A stretch of DNA of 62,632 nt, filler included, from Choristocarpus tenellus KU-1152 (taxonomy: Eukaryota; Protista; Phaeophyceae): the NCBI GenBank assembly GCA_964200185.2. It is 10 parts of 10 records of this genome, joined end to end, with 100 filler letters (N's around TTAATTAATTAA, not from the genome) between each part and the next. Parts side by side here need not be neighbours in the genome. Positions count along the whole stretch, not along the records: positions 1 to 17,958 come from CAXNAD020000600.1; 9 more parts are not named here. One strand, given 5' to 3'. How positions within the stretch are numbered: the first letter of the stretch is position 1; every line of letters begins with the position of its first letter. The translations under genes and the position numbers were made by a program. Below are positions 1 to 12,869 of this stretch, piece by piece. The notes below the pieces were generated by a model that had not been told where the DNA came from, searched no databases, and was given only the letters and a program-made list of their open reading frames with translations.

Positions 1-74
1 AGGGGCAGAGATCAGTTTGGGGGTGGGGGGGGGGGGGGTTGGAGGGAGGGAGAGAGGCGGCCAAGGTCACACAC

Positions 75-1563
75 CCTTCCCCTCGGGTAAGAGTCCGGTG
101 GGACGGATGATCGTGTGCCTCAGCGGTGAAGAGCGGAGGACTGTCTCTCCCATGTATTTCCAGTTGAGAATGCCTTGTGGGTTGAGCGCCACAATGGGGA
201 TGTCACTTGCACGCTGTTCCTCACTCAGCCTGCCATGGAGAAGCAAGGTGTGATCAGGGCATGGAAGACAAGATAACCAGAAGATTCAATTAGATGCAAG
301 CAATGACAGTCCAAGGTCCAATGATGCTAAAAAATGGTCATATTGCACTACTTAAGGCAATATCTACTGTCCAAGAGAGCTGTAAAGGCACCAAAGTCAA
401 CACAAAGTGCTTGCAAATGTCCACCAAAGCGTAGGTTGGATGAAGCAGCCAGCTTGCTCTCAAGGCACTTCAACAGCAAGAACAATCTACAGTGCCTCGG
501 AAAGCTCTGCCACAAAACAAACCACACTGCCCTTCTTACAGACCACCACGAAGCACCTTACTACTAGATATTTCAAGTGCTCCAAAGGACACTGGAAGTA
601 TATGCATTAAAGTTGAAAACACGTGAGAACTGTCACAACTGACACTTGCCTGTTGTATCTCTCTGCTGCAGCAGAAGAGATGAGCACAAACGAAGGCCTT
701 GGCTTGCGGTAGAGTGATATTTCCTTCACATCCAGCTGAAATGCTCCCGCCTTGTACTTCGGGTTGGGAAGCTTCACCAGAAGCAGAGATGACAGTGATG
801 AGGCAAAGAGCAAGGCTGGTTGGTGAAAACATTATCTCCCATCTTCAACAACAGAGGTGGGGAGTTAGGGGTGGGACGAGGGGGCTTGTGCTAAAGCCAT
901 CCTTAACCTCAGATCAACTGCTGAACTAGCGTCCTTTTTGCTCCTCGCCCCCACTGATGGATCTGAACATCCTCAATCGATCACTTGACAAAGAAAGACA
1001 CAAAAAAAAAGTTGTCGTTACACATCAATACCAATTACAGCACCAAAACTGCAACATTCCTGTAAGTGCACTGATTTGGAGTAAAGAGAGCCAACACAAC
1101 AGGAGCATACACCTTCATCTGCGCCTGAGCACCCATCACACTGAACCACAACAGATAACTCCCATGTTCAGATACAGTCAACTGAAATAGCGCTTACTGG
1201 ACACTTTCAATCCCATCCCAGGCCGTGCCGTAACAGAGGCCATAGACCAAACAAGAGAAGGAGAAAACATCTTTCCTATGTTCTGCTATGGGACTACACA
1301 AAAACGCCTCATTATCAAGCCTACCTATACCCACAAACACAGCAGTACAGTACAGTACAGTACATTACAGTTCTTACCTCATTGAATAGGAAACGGCTCA
1401 ACACCAGACCGAAGCTCTGCATCTCACCCCCGTCTGAACCGCCAAGTCGTGGTGCTCCATAGTCCACATCGTTTCTCTTAACTGCCACAAAGCTTTCAAA
1501 GGGGAGGTCCACCTGGCTCAGCATATTGAATGCATGCGTGTGTACAAAGTCGAGCATATCTGT

Positions 1564-1595
<32 letters not shown>

Positions 1596-4500
1596 GAGCA
1601 TTCTGACTCATGCACTTACGGTGAACAACCAATCTCCTAAGAGTTGAGCAGGCGGTAGTGGTATGACCACAACATTCACAGGCAATTCAAAAAGCCAGTG
1701 CTTCCTCTGAAGTAGAGCACACAGCGGGAACACAATTGTTATCTAGATGAGCAAGGGTGGAATGCAGGATACCCACACACACTATGCAGTTGGAGCAGAC
1801 CTTTCAGAGAGTTCCCTGCTACACACCTGCGTATCATTGCCACAGGGTCCATCACATTACCCAGATAAATTTTGAGACTGCAAGGCAACAATTGTCATTT
1901 CAAACCTTTCCCTAGCTGCGGACCGAATCAATGACTGCCCTGATAAACTTTTTCTCCCTGGCACAGGGATACATCTCCCTGTGCTCCAGCAATCCACTTT
2001 CCCAGTCCCTTCCTAAACATACCTCTGCCCACACTCCAGGAACCGTGTCGAAGGCAGCCTGATACTGCATTTCACTCATAGACCCTTCCCCTACCCGGGG
2101 CTTGAGACGGAACTTGAATCGGCTCCCATCGCCACGCACGGTTACACGAACTCCGTCATAACCACGCACATCAAAATTTGTATCCTGCCATACCAACAAA
2201 ATACAGGTGTGTACTGAGAGCATACAATCACTACTATTAGAATTACTACCCAAGCGCAGGTGTGTGTCAGACAGAGGAGGGCAGGCACCACTAAGGTGGA
2301 GGTCAGCACGAACATTTGCGCATCTGTAGCACTCCAGAGCGTTTATGAAGATGAAATTTAAAATTTGCATGTTGAGGAAAAGGGTTTCATTCCACGACCC
2401 AATCCACGACGACTGCGTCAATGATTTCAATTGTGCTTTGGATTCTATTGGTGTGCGGGGAAAGGGGGGGAACGGGATGTACGGAGCGAAATTTTGAGGG
2501 GGAGTTATGGGATTGGGATCACCTTGTGCTTTGAAAGCATATATAACCAAGGCGTTTATTTGATGCATTCTGCGTGGGGGCAACTAGGGGCACTGCGTCC
2601 GACATACGAGATAAGATTATATGAGATGCGTGTGTACATGCTTGTGTGGCTTGCCCGTACAGCAGGCTGAGAAAGTTCATGATCCTTGCACTGCCTCAAC
2701 ATAGTGCCACCGTAGAAAGTGGACTGCATGCATCAGAATGCCATAACCAAAGTTTAACAAATCGAGGTAGGCAAGCCAAATCAGAGATTCAACAAAGAAA
2801 GCATTTGGGTTCATGCCCCCACTACACCCAGATTGGAAGGAATCTTAGGATAGCTGGCTGTAGAGAGTATACTTTCCCAATGCTTTACCAATTCATTGAC
2901 AAGATGCATATGCCGTACCCCTTGCCTTTCTCCACCCACTGCATACCTTTATCACTGTTCCACAGAAACCCCCACCCTCCTCCACCAACACTCCTTGCCA
3001 ACGGCCGTAAGTCTCCCCCGCCTGCCTCTCAAGCACACCCTGACCCACCCCTTCAGCCCATGAGCTCGAGCTCTGCCCACCCATGATGACATCATCTAGC
3101 CTCTCCAATGTTCCTGCCCCAGGCTCTTCCCCCTCTACGGCCCCTGGTCTAAGGAGAGGGAGTACAGAGTCTTGCGAGGCTTGCCGCGCAAGGATCTTTT
3201 CTGATGCTTTCACAGCATTTTCCACACCCTGGAAGTCCACCTGCTCAGAGGAACTTCCTTCCTCCCCAAAACGAGGCCCAAGTGCAGAAACTACCTGTCC
3301 ATGAAGAGGATCACAGTGAGGGCTGAGATAGAGTTTTGTTTTTGTTCGTGGTTAAGTGTCATAGGTGATGATGTTTGCCATGAAGTTGACACCCAGTCTA
3401 AGGGTAATATTGCTGTGTGGCTGTTTACTGCTTATCCCTGGAGCGAGTAAGAGGGTGTGATGAGAGGCAGTGGATGGTTGAGTGAATGGTCACCTGAGTA
3501 GAGATGAAAGATTGAGCTCTTTCAAACGTGTTCAGAGTGAAGGACTGCGACTGCCTTCGTTATATTGACATTGGTGTCAGTTTGTGGGATAGGTTATGCT
3601 ACAGATTTGAATGGGTGTGTATGTTAAATCAATGAATGATTAGTCTTGCCTGAGTGACTCCCTTGAATACTTCGGCGCTTTCCAAGGTGGACTTGTCTGT
3701 CACATCCACGCCAGTCTGCTGTCATGGGAAGGAGTGACAGAGAAAAATGAACTTAGCTGGAAATTGAAAAACTACGGGCTGGGTTAACCTCTCCAAACCA
3801 GCGAGGGGGTGAGGACATGCATTCGCATGATCTCCATTCCACGTAAGACGAGCGGTGAGTGGAGAAGCCGAAAACTTTCGTAACAAAAGTAGAAAGATGC
3901 AAAGGAGAAAAAACCTAGCTACCTACACATTCGGAGCAAACGTCTAACAAGTTAGGCTACAGCAGGTTGGCAACACAAGAGAAATCCCGCAACTAGAAAT
4001 GTGGAGATGAACAAGGCCAAAACAAGGAAGGAACACAATGTTTCTCCTTTACATGTGTACTCAGCACAATCTATAGCATAAATCAACACATTCTGAAGGT
4101 TCTCACCTCGAGGAACAACCCCGGAACATCGAGGTCAAAGACTTTCGTGGCACTCTCGTCGCTTCTAGCTGACACCACCACGTTTCGCCCCTGCTCAAGC
4201 AGGGCCTTAACAACGGCCTGACCTGTTTTTCCGGTGGCTCCCAGTACTAGCACTGCATCGGTCGCGCCCACTGTTTCGACTGGACTGTCATCAGGTCATT
4301 TGAAGGGGAAATATAGGGTTAAGGCCAGTCTAAGATATATTTTGGAATGTGAATTGTGTCCATGATTTGAGTTCGAGGACTAAATGCCTGATATTATTGT
4401 CCCTCAGAAATTAGAGTTGATGTAGCAATGAATTTGTACATGTATGATTAGACAGAAATATCGCCAGAACTTTATGGAGGATTGGAATCTACTCACAGGC

Positions 4501-4744
4501 TTGGCTTCTTTGCCGTCTTGGGCTGGGGGAGATTGAACGCTTCGCGAAACCAGGCCCCAAGGTCGAATCCAGCCGAGGCTGACATCATTTTGACTCTGCC
4601 ATTCATGCCCATAGGTTCCTGTAGAACGAAACCCCCTCCACTCAAGCTTTCAGAACGCATGGAATTCGCAAGTCCGTGCCCGACAAAGGCATTGGCGGGG
4701 GCAATGTTGCTCACAACAGCAATCACCATTCCAAGTCTGATCAT
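75..4744 (-). CDS. Plastid-targeted NAD(P)-binding (atypical SDR) protein with inserted CIA30 domain (HCF173/At4g18810-like); 3' end runs off the window
   Basis: Phase-consistent exons 4744-4497, 4284-4107, 3715-3650, 3294-2947, 2184-2023, 1512-1378, 771-650, 229-75. Motifs: VLVLGATGKTG Rossmann start; CIA30 core LDDVIMGGQS...EEGGGFCG...YDGVRVTVRGDGSRFKFRL...QYQAAFDT; SDR C-half DIPIVALNPQGILNWKYMGETVLRSSPLRHTIIRPTGL. N-terminus is a signal peptide ending ANA-F (ASAFAP-type). Confidence 0.88.
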
Positions 4745-5107
4745 GTTTGCCCCTATATATATAGGCGCCTGCAGTGCCGCTTGAGGCAGCATCGATGATC
4801 GAGGATAGAGAAGAGGCAGTTGGTCACCTTGATGGTGCTGCTCCACTGGAGCTCTCTCTCAACCTGCCTCTCGATCGGCTTGTCGATCTCGTCAGGTTGT
4901 CTGTTGTTCCATTACAAAAATACATGTCGACACCCAGGTTGAACTGAAGTAGAGACATGATCTTCTTGGTGGCATCTATATCCATGAAGCCCTAACTCTA
5001 AAGTTGTGAATACCTTAAAATTTTCCCTTACAAGAAATACATCAATACAACCTAACTCCTGTCATTACAATCACCACACAACCCCAGAACCTCTTCTTCC
5101 TCAAACA

Positions 5108-8100
5108 ATGGGGAATCATAGAAGCCATCAGGAGAAAAGTAGGAAAGGTAGAGACAAGAAGCGGAAGGCTGCAAAGACTTTTAAACTTGCTCCGGAAAAC
5201 GCGAACAGCTCCAAATCTGATGGTCCAGAGGATAAGATGGTTGGGAAGAGGGTGAAAATGGCGACTTACAGTAAAGACCACTCTATCCTAATCTGTGGAG
5301 ATGGCGATTTTTCCTTCACACGCGGGGTCATTCAACATCGAAGGACAGGGTGCGTAGCTATCACCTCACTGAGTATACTCGTTCTCCTTGACTTCGTCTA
5401 GCTTTTGGCACTTGTCTGGGTGGAGGGATTGGGGCAGGACACAAAAAAGGTCTTAAATCAGTGCGTCTCAACGTAATGAGTGTTGATATAGAGCACATGA
5501 TTCATTAAAAACTGTGCCTTGGACTCTAGCTAGAAACAGCTTTGCCCACTGATTACCGCAGATTTCTCTCAGGTACTTGAATTATATGGTTGACCTGCCT
5601 TCGAATTTTGTGGAGTGGTGGGCATGAACCCTCGCTGTACGCAGTGCCGTTGCAATAAATCTGGCGCTTTTCGGTTTTGTGTACTCCCTCCCCACCTGAT
5701 TTCGACCTCAGGCTTGGTGTGGTGGCCACCTCGTTGGACTCTCGGCAGACAGTCTTGGCCAAGTACCCTCGCGCTGAACATTGGCTGACGAAGCTGGAGA
5801 ACGATGGGGCACAGGTTGAATTTGGTCGGATACTGCCTACATCAATAATACTCGTTGGCTTTGTGCCTTGCCCAAAATAGCTCAAGTAGCCGATTCTTGT
5901 CGTGCACATAACCCAGCTCTTATCACCCAACCTTCCGCTTGTCTCTCTTCGTGCCCTGTTAATGAAATATTGAAATGGTAAGGGTAGGTGATTCATTCAG
6001 TAGATGCCACAAAGCTTAAGGAGACTTTGCTGGTTGCTACACCTATTAGCGAGACAAGAAGTTGCCCCATGTTTGACAGGGTGGTATTCAACTTCCCTCA
6101 CACCGGCAAGCAGAGGGTACACCTTAACCAAAATCTCATCAGAGACTTCTTTAAGAGCACCCGGTGAGACTGAGTGATCAGAGTTCCCTATAAGTTTACC
6201 ACAAATAGTTAAAGTTTACTGTGTAACACCATGCAGAAGGATACTTTTCACCTCTCTACTTTTGTCGTCGATTTAAATTTTGTTGTGTAACTGCGTATGA
6301 ATAGTACTTAACTTTTTTCCTAATTAAAGACCATTCTCCTTTAAATTGCCGTCAATATCAATTGCTTTTTTGCCGACACCTTTGCCTCAACACCAGCATC
6401 CATAAAGCTGTAGCTACCCTCTTCATTCCCCCCTAATCTATTATCGCTTGTTCCTCGTGGTGGTGCATCTTCCTGGTGTGTTGATGTGTGGTATGCCTTG
6501 CAGGGATCTGGTAAAGTGCGCAGCAGCAGGTGGGGAAATCCATGTCACACTGAAGAATCGACCTCCCTACTCAGGATGGAACGTGAGGTATTCATTCAAA
6601 CTTTGTGTTATATTAATAAGTAGAAAACACACCTGGGACTTGCCTCAGCACAGCATGACCAAGTAATTGTTGAGATGTTGCCCTTACCAACCTCAAGATC
6701 TTCCACCAGCTATTCTGGGTGAGGGATGGAGGTACTCTGATATTGAGAAGTTGGGCAACAAAACCTTTGAGGTTATTTTCTGTTTGGTTGTACTCCTTGG
6801 TTGTGCAGAGAAAGCCCCATGTCAAAGGTTAGCTTACCCCTCTCAGACTTCAACTAATTGAACTGCTTTGTTATATATGCCTGTCATTTTTTCAATGGTG
6901 TCTGTGATCGGCTCTCCTGCCACCGTTTTTCGTTTCCAACTCATTGTCAACCGCAAATGGAGGTTAACCACCACTCTTTATTAGAAGTGGAACCAGACTT
7001 CTCTGCCTGTAATTGTTCGAGATTGATGATATTTGAAAACTCCCAATGTGACCTTCAGCACTCACTATTTGACAGCTAGAGCCCATTGACGGAGAAAGAA
7101 AAATGAGATTGTCAATGAAGAACTCAATTTGAGGAGTCATTGTCCATCTTCCACCAGCAATTGTACTGGCATGCTAATATCGCTGTTTTTCTCATTTCTC
7201 AATAATCCATCACAACAATTTTGTGGGGTGTGTGTAGGATTTATTCAACATGTCACAATGAGTGTATTGGAGGTAGATTGGTGCCTATCTAATTCCTACA
7301 CCATGCCTTTCTTGTGTTCGTGAGAGCAGGAAAATGGCACAAGATGAAGATATGGTGATGATCAGAAGTCTTGGCTTTGACCCAGCATTGTTTCCAGGCT
7401 ACCAACACAGCACTACGGACCCAAAGGCCAAGGAATTCAAGGCTGTAGGGGCTATCACACATGTATTTGCTAGGGCACGCTCTCAAATTGATGATGAGGT
7501 AAGTGTGAGTTGTTGATAGAAAAGCAAAAGCTAAATGCTTGGATTTTTACAAATGGGCGACCAAGGAAATCATGATAGTTTTGTGCTATTGTAGTGACTC
7601 CTCTCAAAGTGCAGCATAGTTGCTCAGATCTTAACTGATTGTTTTCTTTTTTATTTTCAGCCTAGCAAGCACTCCAGAACTGCCACCTTATATCGTTTGT
7701 TTGAGCGCTCGACATTCTCATGCGTTTCATTCCAGAAATGGTGGCTAAAGTAAGTTCAAGGGCTGGCAATGAAAGCTCTCCATCAGCAGGCTTTGTGCCT
7801 TACACTTGTGGAGAGTAATTGCATCACGCCCACAATTAGTAATGCCTTGCCCTGTTTTTTGGTGCCTGCCTTTTCCTGTTCATTTGATGTGTATTGTGTA
7901 CCAGCTTGGTATGTTCTAGGTGGTGTTGGCCTATATTTTGTAACAAGAAACAATCTTATCTTGAAGTATAGAATTTTCAAATGATGAGTGTGTAATTGCT
8001 GTAGAATTTTCCCCAGGCAATCGTTGCTCTCGGCTCTCTGGGCACAACACAAGATATCATGTGATGATTACACTGTTGGTCATGGCATTTACAAATCCAG

Positions 8101-8570
8101 CACACATGGTACTACAGGTCGATTCTGGTGAAGGGTTTCCAGTTCTGATAAATCACCAAAGTGCATTGGAGGCAACATCAGAGGGATCTGAGAAGGATGA
8201 GGACAACACTGGAATAAGTACTGTATTTGGAGTGGTCGATAGCCAGGTGGAGGAAAGCAAGACAGAAGGTGATGAGAATGATGGGAAAACTCTTAGTGGC
8301 TCTGGGGAGGTGAGTTTGAAGAATGGCAGTGCCTTTGTAAAGAGGAAATCAGCCAAACGCCGTGCTACTCGAAAGCGTAAGGCATTGGCTGAGGCAGCTG
8401 CAGCAGGAGCAGGAGCAGAGACAAAATCAGAATGTTCTGAAAGTGTACTAAAGCTGACAAAGCGAAAAAACGGTGGTGATCCTATTGCTGGAAGTATAGA
8501 ACAAGTGGGAAAGAAAAAGCGGAAACGTGGGAGGTACTGCAGGGTGAAACCTGCAGCTAAGCTTCAATAG
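5108..8570 (+). CDS. 25S rRNA uridine-N3 methyltransferase BMT5-like (DUF2431) protein
   Basis: Exons 5108-5349, 5712-5814, 5988-6163, 6504-6587, 7330-7498, 8118-8570 are phase consistent. Motifs: ILICGDGDFSF, VVATSLDS, HSVDATKL, FDRVVFNFPHTG, GEIHVTLK..PY..WNV, FDPALFPGYQH. Lys/Arg-rich N- and C-tails. Confidence 0.87.
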
Positions 8571-8767
8571 AATATTGTGAAGTTGCAAGTCTGCTTTTCG
8601 CATGAAATCCAAATACTCTTAGCCCCAATTTTTGTATGAATAGATTGACATTCCTCGTTGTTTTTCCAACTTTAGATATTTTTGTTTGAGGTGCTACTGT
8701 GTGTTTATTTGGTGAGCAGGCTTCAGTGATGCCTCTTTTCGTTCAATGACAGTTCCTTGAATTATGC

Positions 8768-10043
8768 TCACATGCACGAGCACATCTTCCTTGCATGATT
8801 GGTCTTTGCAGCCTCTAGAGCTCTATCCTCAGCCTCTATTTCATCTGCCCAAGGTGTTCGAGCTTCTTCTTTTGCTGCCACAACTGGAATGCCCAATGGT
8901 CGATCAAAAAATGCCAACTCATGTTCTGATAATATAATGCCTACCACCTTTGATGCAGCAGCGTAAAAGTATCGCAGTACATTTTCCCCACTAGATGCGG
9001 AGCAGAACCCTCCGCCTGCCAGGGCGTGATCTGTGATAAATTTGTCGTGAGATGCCTGGACCGGGGAGTTTTGGAATGGCAAAATCAGCAGGCACTCACT
9101 TCCATGTCATACAAACCCTCTTTGTTGGGCATTGAAGCAGGGCAACTCTAGACTTGTGTAGGTTGCCCTTTCATTCGAAAATGGAAACGTTTCTCAATTC
9201 ATAGATCACTTGCTTCAATGTGCATGTTGCCTCATCTGTCGCATCAACCTAGACATTTATTGGCAGGCATAAAGGGATCCAATCAACACCTCATCACCTT
9301 CGATGTTTCCCGGAGATCGTAGAGGTCAATCTTATTGCCGACAAGGTAAATGTCTGGCGACGTTTTTGGACTAGTAGAGATTGTTGTTTGAGGTTGGTGC
9401 TGGATTGGATTGGCGAATGCACCAACAACGGCACCGAGCCAATCATCCTGTTAGGATCGATTTGCTTGTTTTGGTAAGCCACTCGTCTGTGGATGACGCA
9501 TCGTTTGTTGCATATTATTTAGTCAGGGCACATTGCAATCTCTGCAAAACCAGCACAGATAAGTGAAACTCGTGAACTCACCAGATCGTTGAAGGAGTGA
9601 GAGTCGGTAACATCGTAACACAGGAAAACCATTCGCGCCCCGCAAAGGTACTTTGGCAACATGGGACTGTTGATGCTTTGCCCTCCGATGTCCCACACCT
9701 GTACACTCGAAGTTGGGAACACTTAATCTATGCTTGTATTTACTCCGTCTTTGGACCTGTACCATTCTACAACCGAAACAGAGAGTGGAATACACCTGTA
9801 ACCCATCGCTTTAGTTCTCTAGCACCATCTAATGCTGCGCCGGTCGTGCAGACCCACCTGCATTGTCATGCGGAGTCGGTCCCCTCCAACCTGTATCTTT
9901 TTTTCAAAGAAATCCACCCCAACTGTTTGTTTGTATGACCGATGAAATCCATCCGCAGTGAACCGTGTAATGATACTGGTTTTCCCCACCGATCCGTTGC
10001 CGACGAGAACAAGCTTGCACGGCACATCGCTGATAGGGTACAT
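8768..10043 (-). CDS. RAB28: Rab28-like small GTPase
   Basis: Exons 10043-9858, 9698-9582, 9447-9298, 9055-8768, all phase 0. G1 GNGSVGKTS, G2 YKQTVGVDF, Rab28-type G3 WDIGGQ, G4 GNKID, G5 SASSGENV, C-terminal CaaX CSCM. Confidence 0.88.
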
Positions 10044-10298
10044 GCGCCTTACTCAGTGGTGTTTATTCGACATCCTTGTCTAATAAAATTATACGGTACA
10101 ATATCTTCATGTGTGATTTCTTGTCTTTCAGTTACACAACTAGTTGTCAAATCACCAAATGGACAAAGGGTCGTCATATGAACTCACTTCTACAACAAAA
10201 AAAAACTGGGGAGAAAAAAAGTCAAAGGGGGGAGAGATGGGGAGCAGGGATCATTGATAATCCTCAGTTCGACACAAGACATCACAATCTCTTTACCC

Positions 10299-11634
10299 AT
10301 GCCCCGCTCTCCCCCAATCTTGTGGCATCTCTATGTTCTGACCTTTTTTGGTGTTTTGTGTTGCTTCAAAGGGACCAGGGCTGATGTCACGTCCATAGCC
10401 GAAACTTGTATCCTTAAGTCAATGGTCACCCAGAAGGCCGACTCATCCACGGTCGAGGGGAAAGAATATGTGGATATGTCTTCTTCTCAACCACGGATGA
10501 AGCCTAGTAGTCGAAGAGGCAGAGGTAGAAAATTTCCCGACAGAAGAAGAACAAGAATAATGCCACTTCAGGAGGAGCCTCGTGGACATCTCCTATCTAG
10601 GCTGAGTCTCAAGAAATGGGGGTCTCCTGTAGAGGTGTGTTTTCTGTAGCTCCTGACCGATCATTGCAAGGACTTTATAGTACTTGAGCTCCTAGATACT
10701 AAACAATGGGATGGGCTTGTTGGCAGCCCATGTTCCACGTTTGACTTCAATGCATCCTTAATTAAACAGGTTGTTGCTTCGACTGGCCCCTTGGGAGATG
10801 AGGGGCGTATGCTGGTGCTGCGCAAACCCCTCGAGGGCAGCAACGCTTCTGCACAAGTGGTTGTGGAGAAGGGTTATGGTGCAACATCCATCGGTATGAG
10901 GCAGCAACTTAATGAAAAGAGCTGGATCCTGCCCAGCCTGCGTCTTCGCACTGGGGGGCTTATATACTGGTGAAGGCATACCTCGCTCATCCTTTGTAAT
11001 GCTCAAACTTGCTGTGCTAAATGTGTTACATAAATCTGCTGCGACGTCAATTTTATCTCAAGTTTGCACGCTTAACAAAGCATTTGGGGCAATAGTCTGA
11101 CGTGTCCACTATGCCCTTTTTTTCTCAATTGACCCTTTACTTATCGTATGGGTAAAATATGTTGCCTAAAGAAGGAAACAACTCTTTTCCATTGTGTGTC
11201 GAACAGGCCGTACATTTATGACTCTAATATGCAGAGGCTTGCCCTCAACGCATGAAGTCAATTTACAAAAACTGATTATGCCTTTACACCTTAACGGGCA
11301 GAACTATAAGTACCTTGTGATCAGAAATGATGAACACATGGCGACTCTCAACACATTATCGTTCTCATATCCTCCTCACACAAGTGCACAATCCTTCCCC
11401 CATCAATCGTTTCACAATCTGAAATTCTTGTGCGAATGCACAAAACGTTCTGTCGTCGACAGTTTTGTGCGGTCATTGGACTGGGGTGAGGTGGAGGCCA
11501 AGGTTGAACCTGGACGAGAGGTAGCAATGCGATGGGAAGGGGATAGTGGTGGTGCCTGGCGTGTGGATGCTTCTATGGACCTGATAGATGCAGAGAAGTC
11601 ACGGATGAGCTTTCGGCGTGCTTGGAACATGTAA
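10299..11634 (+). CDS. Signal-peptide protein with amphipathic beta-strand C-terminal domain (possible OEP24-like beta-barrel)
   Basis: Exons 10299-10634, 10770-10969, 11463-11634 join in phase (235 aa). Hydrophobic N-terminus, then an S/R-rich segment, then alternating-pattern strands ending SRMSFRRAWNM*. The family assignment is from memory only. Confidence 0.55.
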
Positions 11635-12869
11635 CAAGAGGGCAAAATCAAGGAATTTGGAGGGGGGGTATGGGAAACGAGATGCAAGTTGTCCTGAGCG
11701 AGGACATTGCTCAATCCCACTTTTGCGCAATGCGATTTCTGTGTTGATATCATTTTGCAAATGTGTTGGTTTGATCCATGTATATGTACGTTCTGTGTCG
11801 CTGTCAAAGGGACAGCAAACTTTTGAGAGACCCTATTAGTATCAGGGTTGTACAGGCACAGAAAATGGGAAGCTCACAGGGAGGGCATTCTAGGAGACCC
11901 TGTAGTCAGCTTCGGATGAGGAGAGAATGCCAGTGGTGGGTTAATTGTGGAGGCCAGCAGTCAATATTGTGGGTCACATAGGGTGCTATCAATTCGGGCC
12001 CAGCAAATGCCACCAGCATGTGGTGTGTAGTATGGTGTTTATTAGTGGCATAGCATTGAAAGTGGAGCCAAGGGGTAGGGGGCAGGAAGGGTGTATTTAT
12101 CATGGCCAGGCTTTTTGGATGCATGGAGAGTGCTTCCCATTTCCTGTACCGTGTGTCGAATATGTTTTGTATTAGCTCTTCCTTTTTGTGCTGCGTCTTT
12201 GTCTTCCCCTGGTGGAATACAACCCGCTGCTCAATAGTTAGGATGATCTGAAGCGCAGCTTTGTCTGAGACGCTGCGGTATGTTTTCAGAGTTTATTGAA
12301 TTTTGTTGCAGGTTTTTGTCTTCTCTCAGTGATGAATACAACCGCAGCTGAAAAAAAAAATGGTGGGATATGGTTTTGTAGTGTGTGTGCATGCCATGTG
12401 CTTGAATTTTGTTTTGTTTTGTCCCATTTGCCTTGGTAAGGCGGAGGTCGTCCCAGGTGAGACTCTTGGGTGTTCTCCTTCACATGTGCTAGACATGGGC
12501 ACCTAATTTGATGCCACTAGTGGAAGAGGTTTTTGAATATATGGTGGGACAGTCTGGATATTGATGAGAGCAAGTAGTACAAAAGTATGGGGAGGATTGC
12601 AATGTATGGCAAGTTTTGGATTTTGAAATTTTTTAATTTTGCTCCTTTCCTTGGGATCGTACATCATTTTGAATGTGCGGGTTGTGCATACACCCTGATT
12701 TCCTTGTATTGAATTTTGAAATATATATATATATATAAATATGTGCTATAATAAACATTTCTCTTTAACACATTCTATTGGGGATGTTCTTCCATCTTCT
12801 CACTTGGGCCTTACAATTTGCTCTCTGTATATGATGTTCTCTTTCAGAGCTTTTGAGGGGGACCATGAA

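Noticed and set aside
1912-2583. 223-aa ORF as a standalone gene
   Set aside because: Only 2184-2023 is exonic; the rest is intron read-through. The same applies to most ORF-track entries.
7661-7749. Possible extra BMT5 exon (good ttttcag acceptor, gtaagt donor)
   Set aside because: Its 89 nt would shift the frame of the last exon, whereas 7498 joins 8118 in phase without it. At most a poison or alternative exon.
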